DNA of 12,968 nucleotides, from positions 1-12,968 of the forward strand of contig CBDAOC010000003.1 in NCBI GenBank assembly GCA_965197925.1, read 5' to 3'. This document shows positions 1 through 8,306 of this stretch, piece after piece. The position numbers were made by a program, and so were the translations under genes. Source of the stretch: Nitrososphaerales archaeon (lineage in GTDB: Archaea > Thermoproteota > Nitrososphaeria > Nitrososphaerales > UBA213). Below the pieces are notes generated by a model. The model was not told the DNA's origin. It did not search any database and was given only the letters and a program-made list of their open reading frames with translations. Within the stretch, counting starts at the first letter, position 1. Each line of letters opens with the position of its first letter.

Positions 1-553
1 TCCTATTCATGCATATGTTCTGTTTAACTTTGGGCCTATCAACAACAATGCTATCTATTGTAGGAAAGGCTGATTTCATATCGTGCTTGTTTGCTTCAGT
101 AATTACAGATGAGAGGTACTCCTCTTCTATCAACAAGCATGTGACGTTTGGTACCTAGCTTGCCTCTATCCGTTGGGTTTGCTCCGGTCGTTTTCCCCCT
201 AATGGGGCCTTCGGTACGCTATCCATGGATTGCCAGTCCCATCCCATGCTCTTCAATTCATCATATATTTCCAGCAGCCTCTTCCATACCTTCTTGAATA
301 CTCCTATCCCAATCCATTCCTGAAATCTTGCATGGCAAGTTGAACCAGAACCAAATTCTTTAGATACCTTCTTCCACTGGCATCCAGTTCTTAATACATA
401 CAGTATTCCATTCAACACTTTTCTAAATGGCACAGCTGGCCTTCCAACTGTTCTTGCTGGTTTCTCTGGTGGCAACACTAGTTTGAACTCTACCCATAGA
501 TCATTTGGTATATGCCATATGGTCGGCATGCTCTTTTTCTTTGATTTTCTCAC
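1..553 (-). pseudogene. IS5-family transposase, frameshifted (OrfA 155-553 plus broken OrfB)
   Basis: OrfA is 132 aa with slippery GGGAAAA at 191-197 (minus strand). There is an extra 2-bp deletion near 111-115 relative to copy 2, and the expected DKGY motif reads ATG AAT AGG A. Confidence 0.85.
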
Positions 554-577
554 AAATTTAGCTAGAGAGAACAGATC
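1..577 (-). mobile_element. IS5-family element (IS402/IS427-like), copy 1, runs off the window edge
   Basis: Reverse complement aligns to 8307-8885 with about 25 substitutions and one 2-bp indel by manual count. Encodes the typical N-terminus (W..P..LW...LPP...GRP...R.V.NGILYVLRTGCQW) and, after a -1 shift, GANPTDRGKLGTKRH. Confidence 0.9.
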
Positions 578-652
578 TAGAATATACGAAAACGTAAACT
601 AGCCATTTTAAAATTTTGACAAATCTGGCGACCATTATATAGTGAGTAAAAA
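570..652 (+). repeat. 83-bp dispersed direct repeat, copy A (upstream region of IS copy 1)
   Basis: Identical to 6250-6332 except 3 mismatches (620/6300, 628/6308, 642/6322). Confidence 0.95.
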
Positions 653-897
653 ATAATGAATGAATCACGCAAGGCGAGGTCAGGTAATGATGAACTTTAG
701 CAATTTAATCTGATCAAGTGATTGAATCAGAGCCTTATAATATAACTATGCCCAATGGCAGAGCTTGGATATTGTTGGATTGTTTGAATCAAAAATTCTC
801 TAGCTTGCTTATCTTCTACATACATATCTATAGATGAATCAAGTTTTGGCTTGAATCTAATACGCTTACAATTAGGATCATCGCATTCTTCGCAGTT

Positions 898-923
898 TGT
901 TCAATATTACTGTTCAATATTAC
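898..923. repeat. perfect 13-bp tandem duplication TGTTCAATATTAC x2
   Basis: 898-910 equals 911-923. Confidence 0.9.
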
Positions 924-1228
924 TACCCTGTTTATTTCAGCAATGCAGCCAGTTATTCATTCTTCTTCTTCATTCCTGACTTCAGCTTTATCATCTACAC
1001 TACCTTTCAAAATCTTGAACTAGAACAAAAAAATTACCTGTCATACACAATATCAATGCTAACACAGTTCCATTGTTTATTGATTATATTATCCCTACCC
1101 CAATCCGACTCCGTCATCATACATGAAATTATATTGTGCAGATGCTATAGCGTTTTTTGGATCGATTTCTTCCAGTAAACATTTGTACCTTTGCATACAT
1201 CTAGAACTCTGTCTTTAACCTTTGGTAA

Positions 1229-1471
1229 ATGAAATCATTGCTAAATTTTGCAATAAATGCTCAAAGCTCCTTAATAAAAACAATACTTGAAATTGAAAAG
1301 AAAAAGGTTGTTGACGCAAATGCAGCTGCAAAAATGATTACACCAGAAATAATTGAAGAGTTAGTGAATAAGGCAGTTGAAAAACGAATTGAAGAAATGA
1401 TAACTGCCCATCCTAATGTTTCAAAAGAAGTTAAAGCGATTGCAGTGATGAATATAAAAAATAAAAAATAA
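1229..1471 (+). CDS. small hypothetical protein (80 aa, helical/charged)
   Basis: ATG-TAA ORF with protein-like composition, followed by T-rich tracts at about 1477-1497. No recognisable motif. Confidence 0.45.
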   Translation: MKSLLNFAINAQSSLIKTILEIEKKKVVDANAAAKMITPEIIEELVNKAVEKRIEEMITAHPNVSKEVKAIAVMNIKNKK

Positions 1472-1627
1472 TTGTATTTTTGTAATTCTTTTTTCTTGAA
1501 GTATCCATACAGAATAAGAATTACATGAGGATCAACGTGTTTGAATTTTGAGGATACTTTTTTTTATTACATCTTCAAGTTCTGTTTTTGTAAACAGTGA
1601 TATGTTTTAACCCTTCAAAATAACATA

Positions 1628-2293
1628 CGACTGATCCCAAAACTGATCATTTAGTGAATAATTGACGATCATTTGGATCTATTTGCAATGCTGCCTGTAG
1701 CAGATCATGAAATTTCAGGAGATAACAGATGAACAATGGAAGATGATATCACTACATAAGCCAGCTAGAACAGGAAGGCCAAGAGCAGACGACAGAAAGA
1801 CGGTCAACGGAATCCTGTTTGTCGGGATAACAGGATGCAGGTGACTGAGATGCCACAAAGATACGGCAAGTCAACTGCACACCGCAGACTGCAGAACTGG
1901 CAACAGCAAGGAATATGGGAGAATATCCTCTCCGCTGCAGTCAAATCAGAAGTCAGGCAAGATGCAGCTGCAGAAGATATCAGTTGCTTCATCGGTTCAT
2001 GCCAAAAAAAGAAGCGTCATAGGATACAACGGATTCAACAGGATTTCAGGCACAAAAATACACGTTGCGGTGGAACAAAACGGACTGCCAGTCTCAGTAG
2101 TAATGTCCTGCAAATCAGCATGACTCTGCAAGGTTTACAGATGTGATGGATGGTATCTCACAATATCTGGATGAGAGATCTATCAGAAAAATTGCACGGT
2201 GTTATGCAGACAAGGGCTACAATGCAGAATTCATCAGAGAATACCTCACCAAAAGAAAAATCTCTGACTGCATACCTTACAGAAAAAACAGCA
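1628..2293 (+). mobile_element. IS5-family remnant (left end plus degraded transposase, 3' end missing)
   Basis: Left IR CGACTGATCCCAAAAC (1628-1643), preceded by TA, matches the IR of the 6574-7441 element at 13/16. Transposase homology ends at IPYRKNS. Confidence 0.85.
1707..2293 (+). pseudogene. IS5-family transposase pseudogene
   Basis: ATG1707 gives MKFQEITDEQWKMI..KPARTGRPRADDRKTVNGILFV.ITGCR*. Other frames continue EMPQRYGKSTAHRRLQNWQQQGIW, GYNGFNRISGTKIHVAV and YADKGYNAEFIREYL. Paralogous to 6578-7361, with several frameshifts. Confidence 0.88.
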
Positions 2294-2953
2294 ATATGCG
2301 GTGGTTGCCAGTGTCTGCGACGCAGAGTCTGTATCTGTTGGCTGCCACACTTTGTGGACCACTAAACTTGATTGGCATGATTTTGTGTTGTATACTCATA
2401 ATTATGTATTTCGTATTTCAATTTTTCAATAAATTCATCAGGTATGAATATACTAATGCAGAGTGAATAGACTTCTTGCGTAATTATCAACAAAACATGT
2501 AGTCTAATCGAATCAATTCATCAGTGTCATGGAATCACAACAAAGTATTTCCACCGTATCCTGAAATTGACCAGTCCACAGATGATGTCGCTGACGCGGT
2601 CATAACGGCACAACATGTTCCTAAAGACATCCTGACACGTCTTGATGTAAAATGATTTCATGGGTGGCCTTATGGTCGCCTTTCAATTAGATCCAAACAA
2701 GCTGATCTGCATTACAATTATGTTAAAAACAGATGGTTTCTACAAGACCGTTTGATTGAATCTGACATCGATGGTGGAATCACGGTTTCCTTTGAGTTCT
2801 CCGAAGACGAAACCGCAGTTGGCTCTGTACTTGTTGCGGTAAAATAACCTGAAGAATTATTGATGAGCTAGAAAACATTATCGACAAAATAAGAACAATG
2901 CATGACAAATCACATGCAGATGCTTTTCGTCATCCAAGAAAATGACACGTAAA

Positions 2954-3412
2954 TCAAGAACTAGTATTGCGAGGCAAAAAATGATCAAGACATGAGTCAT
3001 CTTTGATGCGATTTATGATATCTGATGTAAACAACATGTCTGATGCATTGGCATTATCAGTCCAGCATCCATATATTATGTACAGCGGTTCATCAAAAAT
3101 ATAGTAAATCTTCAGATACTCTCCTGTGTATCCACCACTTGCATGAAGATTGGTAAATATCGGATCAGTTACTACAAAAATTATTTTGTTTGTGTTTACA
3201 TGTTTTGTAAGAAATTCTTTTACTTCTGGAATTTGTCTCATGTCATTAAGAGTTACAGAGTTACTTACATCATCAATTCTTTCATATGATGAAATAGTTT
3301 CATATAAAGTTTCATATAACGCAGGATATGAAAAAAATAATGATATTGTTGTGTATGTTCCAATCAACATTACTGCAACTACGACAATTATGATCAGAAT
3401 TTTGGTTTTCAT
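2954..3412 (-). CDS. hypothetical membrane-anchored/secreted protein (152 aa)
   Basis: MKTK followed by the hydrophobic stretch ILIIIVVVAVMLIGTY (signal/anchor), then a soluble domain with two Cys. Confidence 0.75.
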   Translation of the reverse strand: MKTKILIIIVVVAVMLIGTYTTISLFFSYPALYETLYETISSYERIDDVSNSVTLNDMRQIPEVKEFLTKHVNTNKIIFVVTDPIFTNLHASGGYTGEYLKIYYIFDEPLYIIYGCWTDNANASDMLFTSDIINRIKDDSCLDHFLPRNTSS

Positions 3413-3451
3413 TTGACAGAATTTTTATTGTTATCGTCATATATATCTCAC

Positions 3452-3592
3452 ATGACCAAAAGTATGATATTACGAAGATTAAGAAGGATTGAAGACGAGT
3501 TAGATGATGTTCTTACCAAACTAGATGATACCACAATCAAACAACTTGAAGATGAGCTTCAAGGTGAAGCTCAGGAGGAAGATGTCAAATGA
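3452..3592 (+). CDS. small acidic coiled-coil-like protein (46 aa), not in the ORF track
   Basis: MTKSMILRRLRRIEDELDDVLTKLDDTTIKQLEDELQGEAQEEDVK*. Its stop overlaps the next start (ATGA at 3589-3592). Confidence 0.6.
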   Translation: MTKSMILRRLRRIEDELDDVLTKLDDTTIKQLEDELQGEAQEEDVK

Positions 3593-3852
3593 GCATTACG
3601 GTGACAAATTGTAAATTCTGTCACAACGAAATAACATGGAAAAAAGAAAATGGAAGGTACATACCTCAAAACATAGATGGAACTAGGCATACAAGACGAC
3701 AGTGTGAAGGTCTAAGGAATCAGGAAAGTGGTGAAGCAGATTCAGTCTCTGATTCCCAAGACTTTCTGGGCAGACTAGTAACAGGAACAAACGACAGGCT
3801 AGTGCTGGACATAGGACCGTACAGACTGGACATAAGGAAGGGGACGAACTAG
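3589..3852 (+). CDS. small putative zinc-finger protein (87 aa), virus/MGE-like
   Basis: CKFC-(x)-W..P...DGTRH....C gives a CxxC...H...C ligand set. ATGA-coupled to the upstream ORF. Confidence 0.65.
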   Translation: MSITVTNCKFCHNEITWKKENGRYIPQNIDGTRHTRRQCEGLRNQESGEADSVSDSQDFLGRLVTGTNDRLVLDIGPYRLDIRKGTN

Positions 3853-3911
3853 TTGATTGGGTTTCGTCACCTTCCCACCCCCTATTTTTTCATGGGAGCT
3901 GTCAAGTATGG

Positions 3912-4227
3912 ATGCGCATGGCCGAGATAAAAACATTGACGAAAAGGATGAAGATAACGAATACTCACAGGGCCCTATCGTCAATGAAGCACTCAAAAGC
4001 CGCAGAAGGAAAGGATGCTAGCGTAAGGTACGGTGACGGGGAAACTGGATTCAAGACTAAAAAGAAGAATGTCAGAACACGGGATAGGCATATCCACTGG
4101 ATTCATTCCAGAGAATGAAAGGAAGTATCAGAGAGTATGCAAGATGCATCAGGTCGATGTCAAATACAATAGGCATGCCAGGAATGTTGGGATATGGAAC
4201 AACCTGTCCAAACCGGGTGAAGGCTAG
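3912..4227 (+). pseudogene. probable frameshifted hypothetical gene
   Basis: Two overlapping same-strand ORFs (3912-4118, 4033-4227) continue the small-gene cluster. No motif recognised. Confidence 0.3.
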
Positions 4228-4325
4228 GAGTGGTTCAGGAATTTGAACTTGCTATAGCAATGTTTGACCTAATGCAGATGGTAAAACGTATTTCCTACAT
4301 GTATCTGCTTCATTTATCATAATCT

Positions 4326-4505
4326 TCAAATTCTCCTAGTTAGTTCGTGCATTACTCCATTAATTAGTATTCTATTTTTTGCCACCTTTTCGAAAATATT
4401 AGGATGGTCAGTATGTACTGGATAGAGAGTTTTTACACTAATTTCAGATACTGCTTCAAGCAAATCTCGTCTTCTTGCATATCCCGAGCAGTGACTTTTC
4501 CAAAA
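4326..4505 (-). pseudogene. 3' fragment of an MBL-fold/beta-CASP (RNase J-like) hydrolase
   Basis: SHCSGYARRRDLLEAVSEISVKTLYPVHTDHP matches the C-terminal H.SGHA...DL.......k.l.PVH(T/G)E motif, with the SGH His changed to Tyr. No N-terminal MBL domain is present. Confidence 0.7.
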
Positions 4506-4724
4506 CCACTTCTCCTCTGGAATATTTGGTCTAGGCTCAGTGAAATCCCACCAAAAGATGCACAAGAAAAATGAATTTTGCAGATATTTCCGGACTAGCT
4601 ATATGTTAGGTTAATGTTTCTGAAGAACTAGGAGAAAGTTTGTTACACGTGATAGAAAGTTACGTTTAGTCCGTTTCAAAAGTAATAACCCTATTTCTCA
4701 GTCTTTATCAAACGAGTTTTCATC

Positions 4725-5327
4725 CTATGAATCTATTTTTCTGTAGCTTCCCCGGGTCATTTTTGCAATGAATCCGAATCTTCTCTCATCTTTCAAAGAT
4801 GCAGAATTATACTTAATGTCTAGAATCAAATAAGCGGTTTTACCTTCCGACACATGAAAGGTAGCACCATAATCGTCAAACATATACAGGCTTTCACCCT
4901 GAGGCATAATTACAAAAACAGGCCCAAATTCTTCAGGCAATATCTCCTTTAATTCTTCAGGTAATATCTTCTTTCTTGAGGGTTGTTTATCTAAGATAAT
5001 TTTGTATCTGCCTTGAACATTAACTGCAGGAATTTGACCAAAATTTTTTAGGTTAATAGCTGTTTCCACACTTACAGCATCAAATTGTTTTCGCATCTCG
5101 TCAGACATTTTCTCAGACTTCCATTCATCAATTGTCATAGATTCTCCTTTTTTGTTCAACACTTTCACCGGAATGATACTTGTACCAAAGTCGCCAATCC
5201 AAGCTCTAAACATTATTTTTCTTTCTTTTCTTAATTGTGTGGTTTCATATGCTAGAATTATGAAGGCAGCAATAGTAGCAATACTAGCAATACTGCCGAT
5301 ACCTAGCCAAATTGTTAGGTCTACCAT
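4725..5327 (-). CDS. hypothetical protein with N-terminal membrane anchor (200 aa)
   Basis: Hydrophobic N-terminus IWLGIGSIASIATIAAFIILAY followed by basic residues and a beta-rich soluble region. Confidence 0.8.
   Translation of the reverse strand: MVDLTIWLGIGSIASIATIAAFIILAYETTQLRKERKIMFRAWIGDFGTSIIPVKVLNKKGESMTIDEWKSEKMSDEMRKQFDAVSVETAINLKNFGQIPAVNVQGRYKIILDKQPSRKKILPEELKEILPEEFGPVFVIMPQGESLYMFDDYGATFHVSEGKTAYLILDIKYNSASLKDERRFGFIAKMTRGSYRKIDS
4927..4974. repeat. 24-bp in-frame tandem duplication (22/24)
   Basis: aattcttcaggcaatatctccttt / aattcttcaggtaatatcttcttt, encoding KKILPEEL-KEILPEEF. Confidence 0.9.
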
Positions 5328-5427
5328 AAGATTAGGAAGTAAGATTCCATGTAATTAACGTTAATAAATGAATAAGAAGTTGAGCGGAGATTCAGTCCAG
5401 TCGAATTTAGAATATTCCCGCTTTATG

Positions 5428-5595
5428 AGCTAGTAGAAACCATACCATAAATACAGTCAATCCATGCATGTTGCAGGCTATCACTTTGAACATCAGTTCC
5501 CTGTTCTGCATCCTCACCGTTCTTGATGCCATACGGTCACCAAGCATTCTCTTTGTCACTGGTAGTATGGTTTTATTCTTGTCTTGGCGTTGATT
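5428..5595 (-). mobile_element. IS5-family (archaeal DDE_Tnp_1-type) 3' remnant with probable right end
   Basis: NQR..K.KTILPVTKRMLGDRMASRTVRMQNRELMFKVIACNMH resembles the C-terminal ET.FS.IKR.fG..l.SR....Q..E.......N signature. It ends in ATGGTTTCTACTAGC, an IS5-like terminus. Confidence 0.7.
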
Positions 5596-5762
5596 ACTAC
5601 TGGTTGTCGGGTTCATCCTCCAGCTCGTCATCAGTGGTTACTGGAGGTACTTCCTGCGAACCTTCTGTTTCATCTAAACAAAGAGCTCCTTAAGCGTATC
5701 TACTGTATCAAAGCGTGCTATAGACTTGAGATAAGTATAAAGAAGAATTTCATCGTACAAGT

Positions 5763-6236
5763 TTGAGCAAAATGTCAGTGCTAAAAGATGATGTAAAAAG
5801 TATAATCGAATTATGCAAATCAAAGGAAAATAAGGAACTTGATTTCAAACTAAAGTTAGACTTATCAGATGACAAAGCCAAAAACGAAATAGCTAAAGAT
5901 ATTTGTGCTTTTGCAAATGGTGAAAATGGGGGTAGAATTATTATTGGTGTGGATGATGAGACAAAGGTATTACTGGGTATCGACAAGCCATTAGATCATG
6001 ATAGAATCCAACTGATCGTTAGTAAGAGAGTCCTTCCGCCTCCAGAATTTGTAGTAGCTTCTTATCAGTTAAACTCCAAATTCGTTGGGATTATCAAAAT
6101 AGTGCCCGGAAGGGCAATTCATAGGATGAGCAACAACAACAAAGTACATGTTCGTAGAGAAGCAATCACAGATACAGCAACCCCTGAAGAGATATTTATA
6201 CTAAGAGCTTATCCGAAAATTAACATCATAGCCTAA
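5763..6236 (+). CDS. Schlafen/AlbA_2-domain protein, probably C-terminally truncated by an IS end
   Basis: Motifs ENKELDFK, EIAKDICAFANGENGGRIIIGVDD and VHVRREAITDTATPEEI. An alternative start is ATG5772. The last residues (RAYPKINIIA) are read from an IS inverted repeat at 6205. Confidence 0.85.
   Translation: MSKMSVLKDDVKSIIELCKSKENKELDFKLKLDLSDDKAKNEIAKDICAFANGENGGRIIIGVDDETKVLLGIDKPLDHDRIQLIVSKRVLPPPEFVVASYQLNSKFVGIIKIVPGRAIHRMSNNNKVHVRREAITDTATPEEIFILRAYPKINIIA
6205..6221. repeat. orphan IS5-type terminal inverted repeat GAGCTTATCCGAAAATT
   Basis: Matches the reverse complement of 9277-9293 (GAGCCTATCCTAAAATT) at 15/17. Preceded by TAA. Confidence 0.75.
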
Positions 6237-6249
6237 TTGTTTATACCGA

Positions 6250-6332
6250 AACAGATCTAGAATATACGAAAACGTAAACTAGCCATTTTAAAATTTTGAT
6301 AAATCTGACGACCATTATATAATGAGTAAAAA
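6250..6332 (+). repeat. 83-bp dispersed direct repeat, copy B
   Basis: 80/83 identical to 570-652. Confidence 0.95.
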
Positions 6333-6573
6333 TTGATCATAGTTGAATGAATTGGCAGCTATAAAAAAAGCGTGTGTTCAAGTACCGGTGGGATAACAAT
6401 AAGCAACAACCTTAGGTTCTCCTCTTAGTGAAAATGCCACTATTGTTATCACTATGCGATCTCCATAGTTGTGGTAGTAAATGAATCGCTTACGAAAACT
6501 TCCTACTTCTTTTTGGTGTGAAATGCATATTGGAATATTTCGATAATCTATCACTTTTTCCTTTTTTTATATG

Positions 6574-7441
6574 CAACTCATCTCAAAACCCTACAATACA
6601 TCAAAAATGATGCAAGATTAACAAATGCCAGATAGTTTTCTGCCGTTCTTTCATACCTGATTCTTGTTCTGTGAAATCCATTCTTGAGCCATGCAAGGAA
6701 TCTCTCAACTACAAATCTTGTCTTGCTGTAATGTTTGCAATCATTATTTTGCAAGATGAACTTGGAATTTATTTTGTATGGGATGCAACATGCAATATTT
6801 CTATCCCACAAATACATTCTGATGTATTTTGCATCATTTTGTCTGCATAAACTGGTTCTATCTGTTGTATTGAATCATCAAGATAGTCTGAAATTGATCC
6901 TGTAACATCCATGCATTTTGTACTGTCATGTTCATTTGCTGGACTCAGCAGTATGGATATTGGAAATCCGTTACCCTCTACTGCGGCATGTATTTTTGTA
7001 CCTGTTATTCTCTTGAATCCATTATATCCAGTTACATTGCCCATTTTTTATTAGGAATGGATGAAGAGTCAGCTGATTTTTTTAGACTAATTTTGCCAGA
7101 TTTATGTGCTGAGTGAATAGTACGTGATAGAATCTTTTTCCAGATTCCTTTTTGTTGCCATTTGTTTAACCTTCTGTTTGCAGTAGAATCATCACCATAT
7201 CTTTTTGGCATATCGTCCCATCGGCATCCAGTAGTTAGAACATGGATTATTCCGTTAATGATTTTTCTATCATAATCCCTAGGCCTGCCAGTTTTTGCAT
7301 GTGGTGGTATGTGTGATTCCATCATACTCCACTGTTTGTCTGATAATTCTTGGAATTTCATAAAATAATTTTAGATGTCGCTATTCATGGATCTAAATGG
7401 TCGCTAAAAATTGTCTAAATGGTTAGTTTTGAGATGAGTTG
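6574..7441 (-). mobile_element. full-length IS5-family element (868 bp) with perfect 16-bp terminal IRs
   Basis: CAACTCATCTCAAAAC (6574-6589) and GTTTTGAGATGAGTTG (7426-7441). The transposase stop lies inside the right IR. Flanks are TG and TA, possibly a mutated TA duplication. Confidence 0.93.
6578..7361 (-). pseudogene. IS5-family transposase split over three frames
   Basis: OrfA 7032-7361, then an A6 run at 7044-7049 at the usual OrfA/OrfB junction, then GYNGFKRITGTKIHAAV. A second shift near 6836-6840 destroys YADK(GY)DA. C-terminus is RFVVERFLAWLK..FHRTRIRYER. Confidence 0.9.
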
Positions 7442-7498
7442 TACATATACAAATAAAAGGTTTCTGACCACTCGGTAAAGTGCATGCTTCCTTGTCAA

Positions 7499-8158
7499 TC
7501 AAAGCCGATACAAACTATCAGGAGGTAGATAGTTAGAATTAGCATTAGTCTTATGCTTTATTAACTCACCATGGAGAGAACGTGCAGCATTGAATATTTC
7601 TTCAAATGCGGAGTTACTAAAATCTGTCTCTTTATCTCGACCATCATCTGAAAAGTAAATTTTTTGTCCACTAAATATGATATGAAAGCAACCCTTGGTA
7701 TTGGTGCCATATTCAATACAAGTAGTTTTTCTGGCACCAGTAATTCCATGTTTATCCAAATTTTTTATTCGATCATCAATATGTGTAAAGAAGTTTCTGA
7801 TATCACGGAATTTGTTTGCTGCATTATACAACTCAGTTAAAGGATGTCGTAATTCCATCATATTACCACATTTAATCGATTCTATTAGATTATAGAGGTC
7901 GCCGACTAGAGAAATGATAGCACGTAAAACGGCATAATCTTCGCTGGAGAGATCGATATTGATAATCATAGTATGAATGCCATCAACTTTAGTTGATACA
8001 CGACCCTGCCATTCTCTCGAAAATTTGGGTATCATAATATATAGAGATTCAAGTGTAGTGAAAATCCACGGAAGAATGTAATACATATGCGGATCTAGAC
8101 CATCGCTTCGCTCAGAACACCACCAGTGAATTGGTTCATCAATGTTAAAACTGCTCAT
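7499..8158 (-). CDS. hypothetical protein, putative HEPN-domain RNase (219 aa)
   Basis: Intact long ORF. Helical region contains KFRDIRNFFTHIDDRI, an RxxxxH motif (R-N-F-F-T-H at 7781-7798). The ORF is well supported, the HEPN call less so. Confidence 0.7.
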   Translation of the reverse strand: MSSFNIDEPIHWWCSERSDGLDPHMYYILPWIFTTLESLYIMIPKFSREWQGRVSTKVDGIHTMIINIDLSSEDYAVLRAIISLVGDLYNLIESIKCGNMMELRHPLTELYNAANKFRDIRNFFTHIDDRIKNLDKHGITGARKTTCIEYGTNTKGCFHIIFSGQKIYFSDDGRDKETDFSNSAFEEIFNAARSLHGELIKHKTNANSNYLPPDSLYRL

Positions 8159-8306
8159 TGTTTGTAGCTAATGCAACGGTTTTGTAGATAAATCCTACTC
8201 TATCCCGCGGCTATGTAGAAATTATACTATAAAGACAGTCATTCTGTGCATGTTATAAGCAATTACTCTAAATGTTAATTCCTTGTTCTGCATCTTAACA
8301 AGTCTT

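Noticed and set aside
898..923. 13-bp tandem repeat as an excision footprint or CRISPR remnant
   Set aside because: No spacer and only two units. The length does not match the IS families present, so replication slippage is the simplest explanation.
897..1178. 93-aa + strand ORF
   Set aside because: TTG start and F/S/I/Y-rich low-complexity composition typical of AT-rich non-coding or antisense DNA.
2294..2466. hydrophobic C-terminus on ORF 2143-2466, suggesting a transposase-membrane fusion
   Set aside because: Read-through from the truncated transposase into unrelated flanking DNA.
2733..2748. ATGGTTTCTAC matching the IS end at 5433-5443
   Set aside because: Only 11 bp, with no transposase sequence adjacent, and it lies within a plausible degraded coding frame.
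3150..3416. antisense ORFs (also 5152-5358, 5750-5986, 7695-7895, 8521-8736, 8813-9010, 10485-10703)
   Set aside because: Shadows of better-supported genes on the opposite strand.
6392..6450. 10-bp inverted repeat GATAACAATA/TATTGTTATC
   Set aside because: Short, AT-rich arms with a 39-nt spacer give too little support for a structured RNA or terminator.
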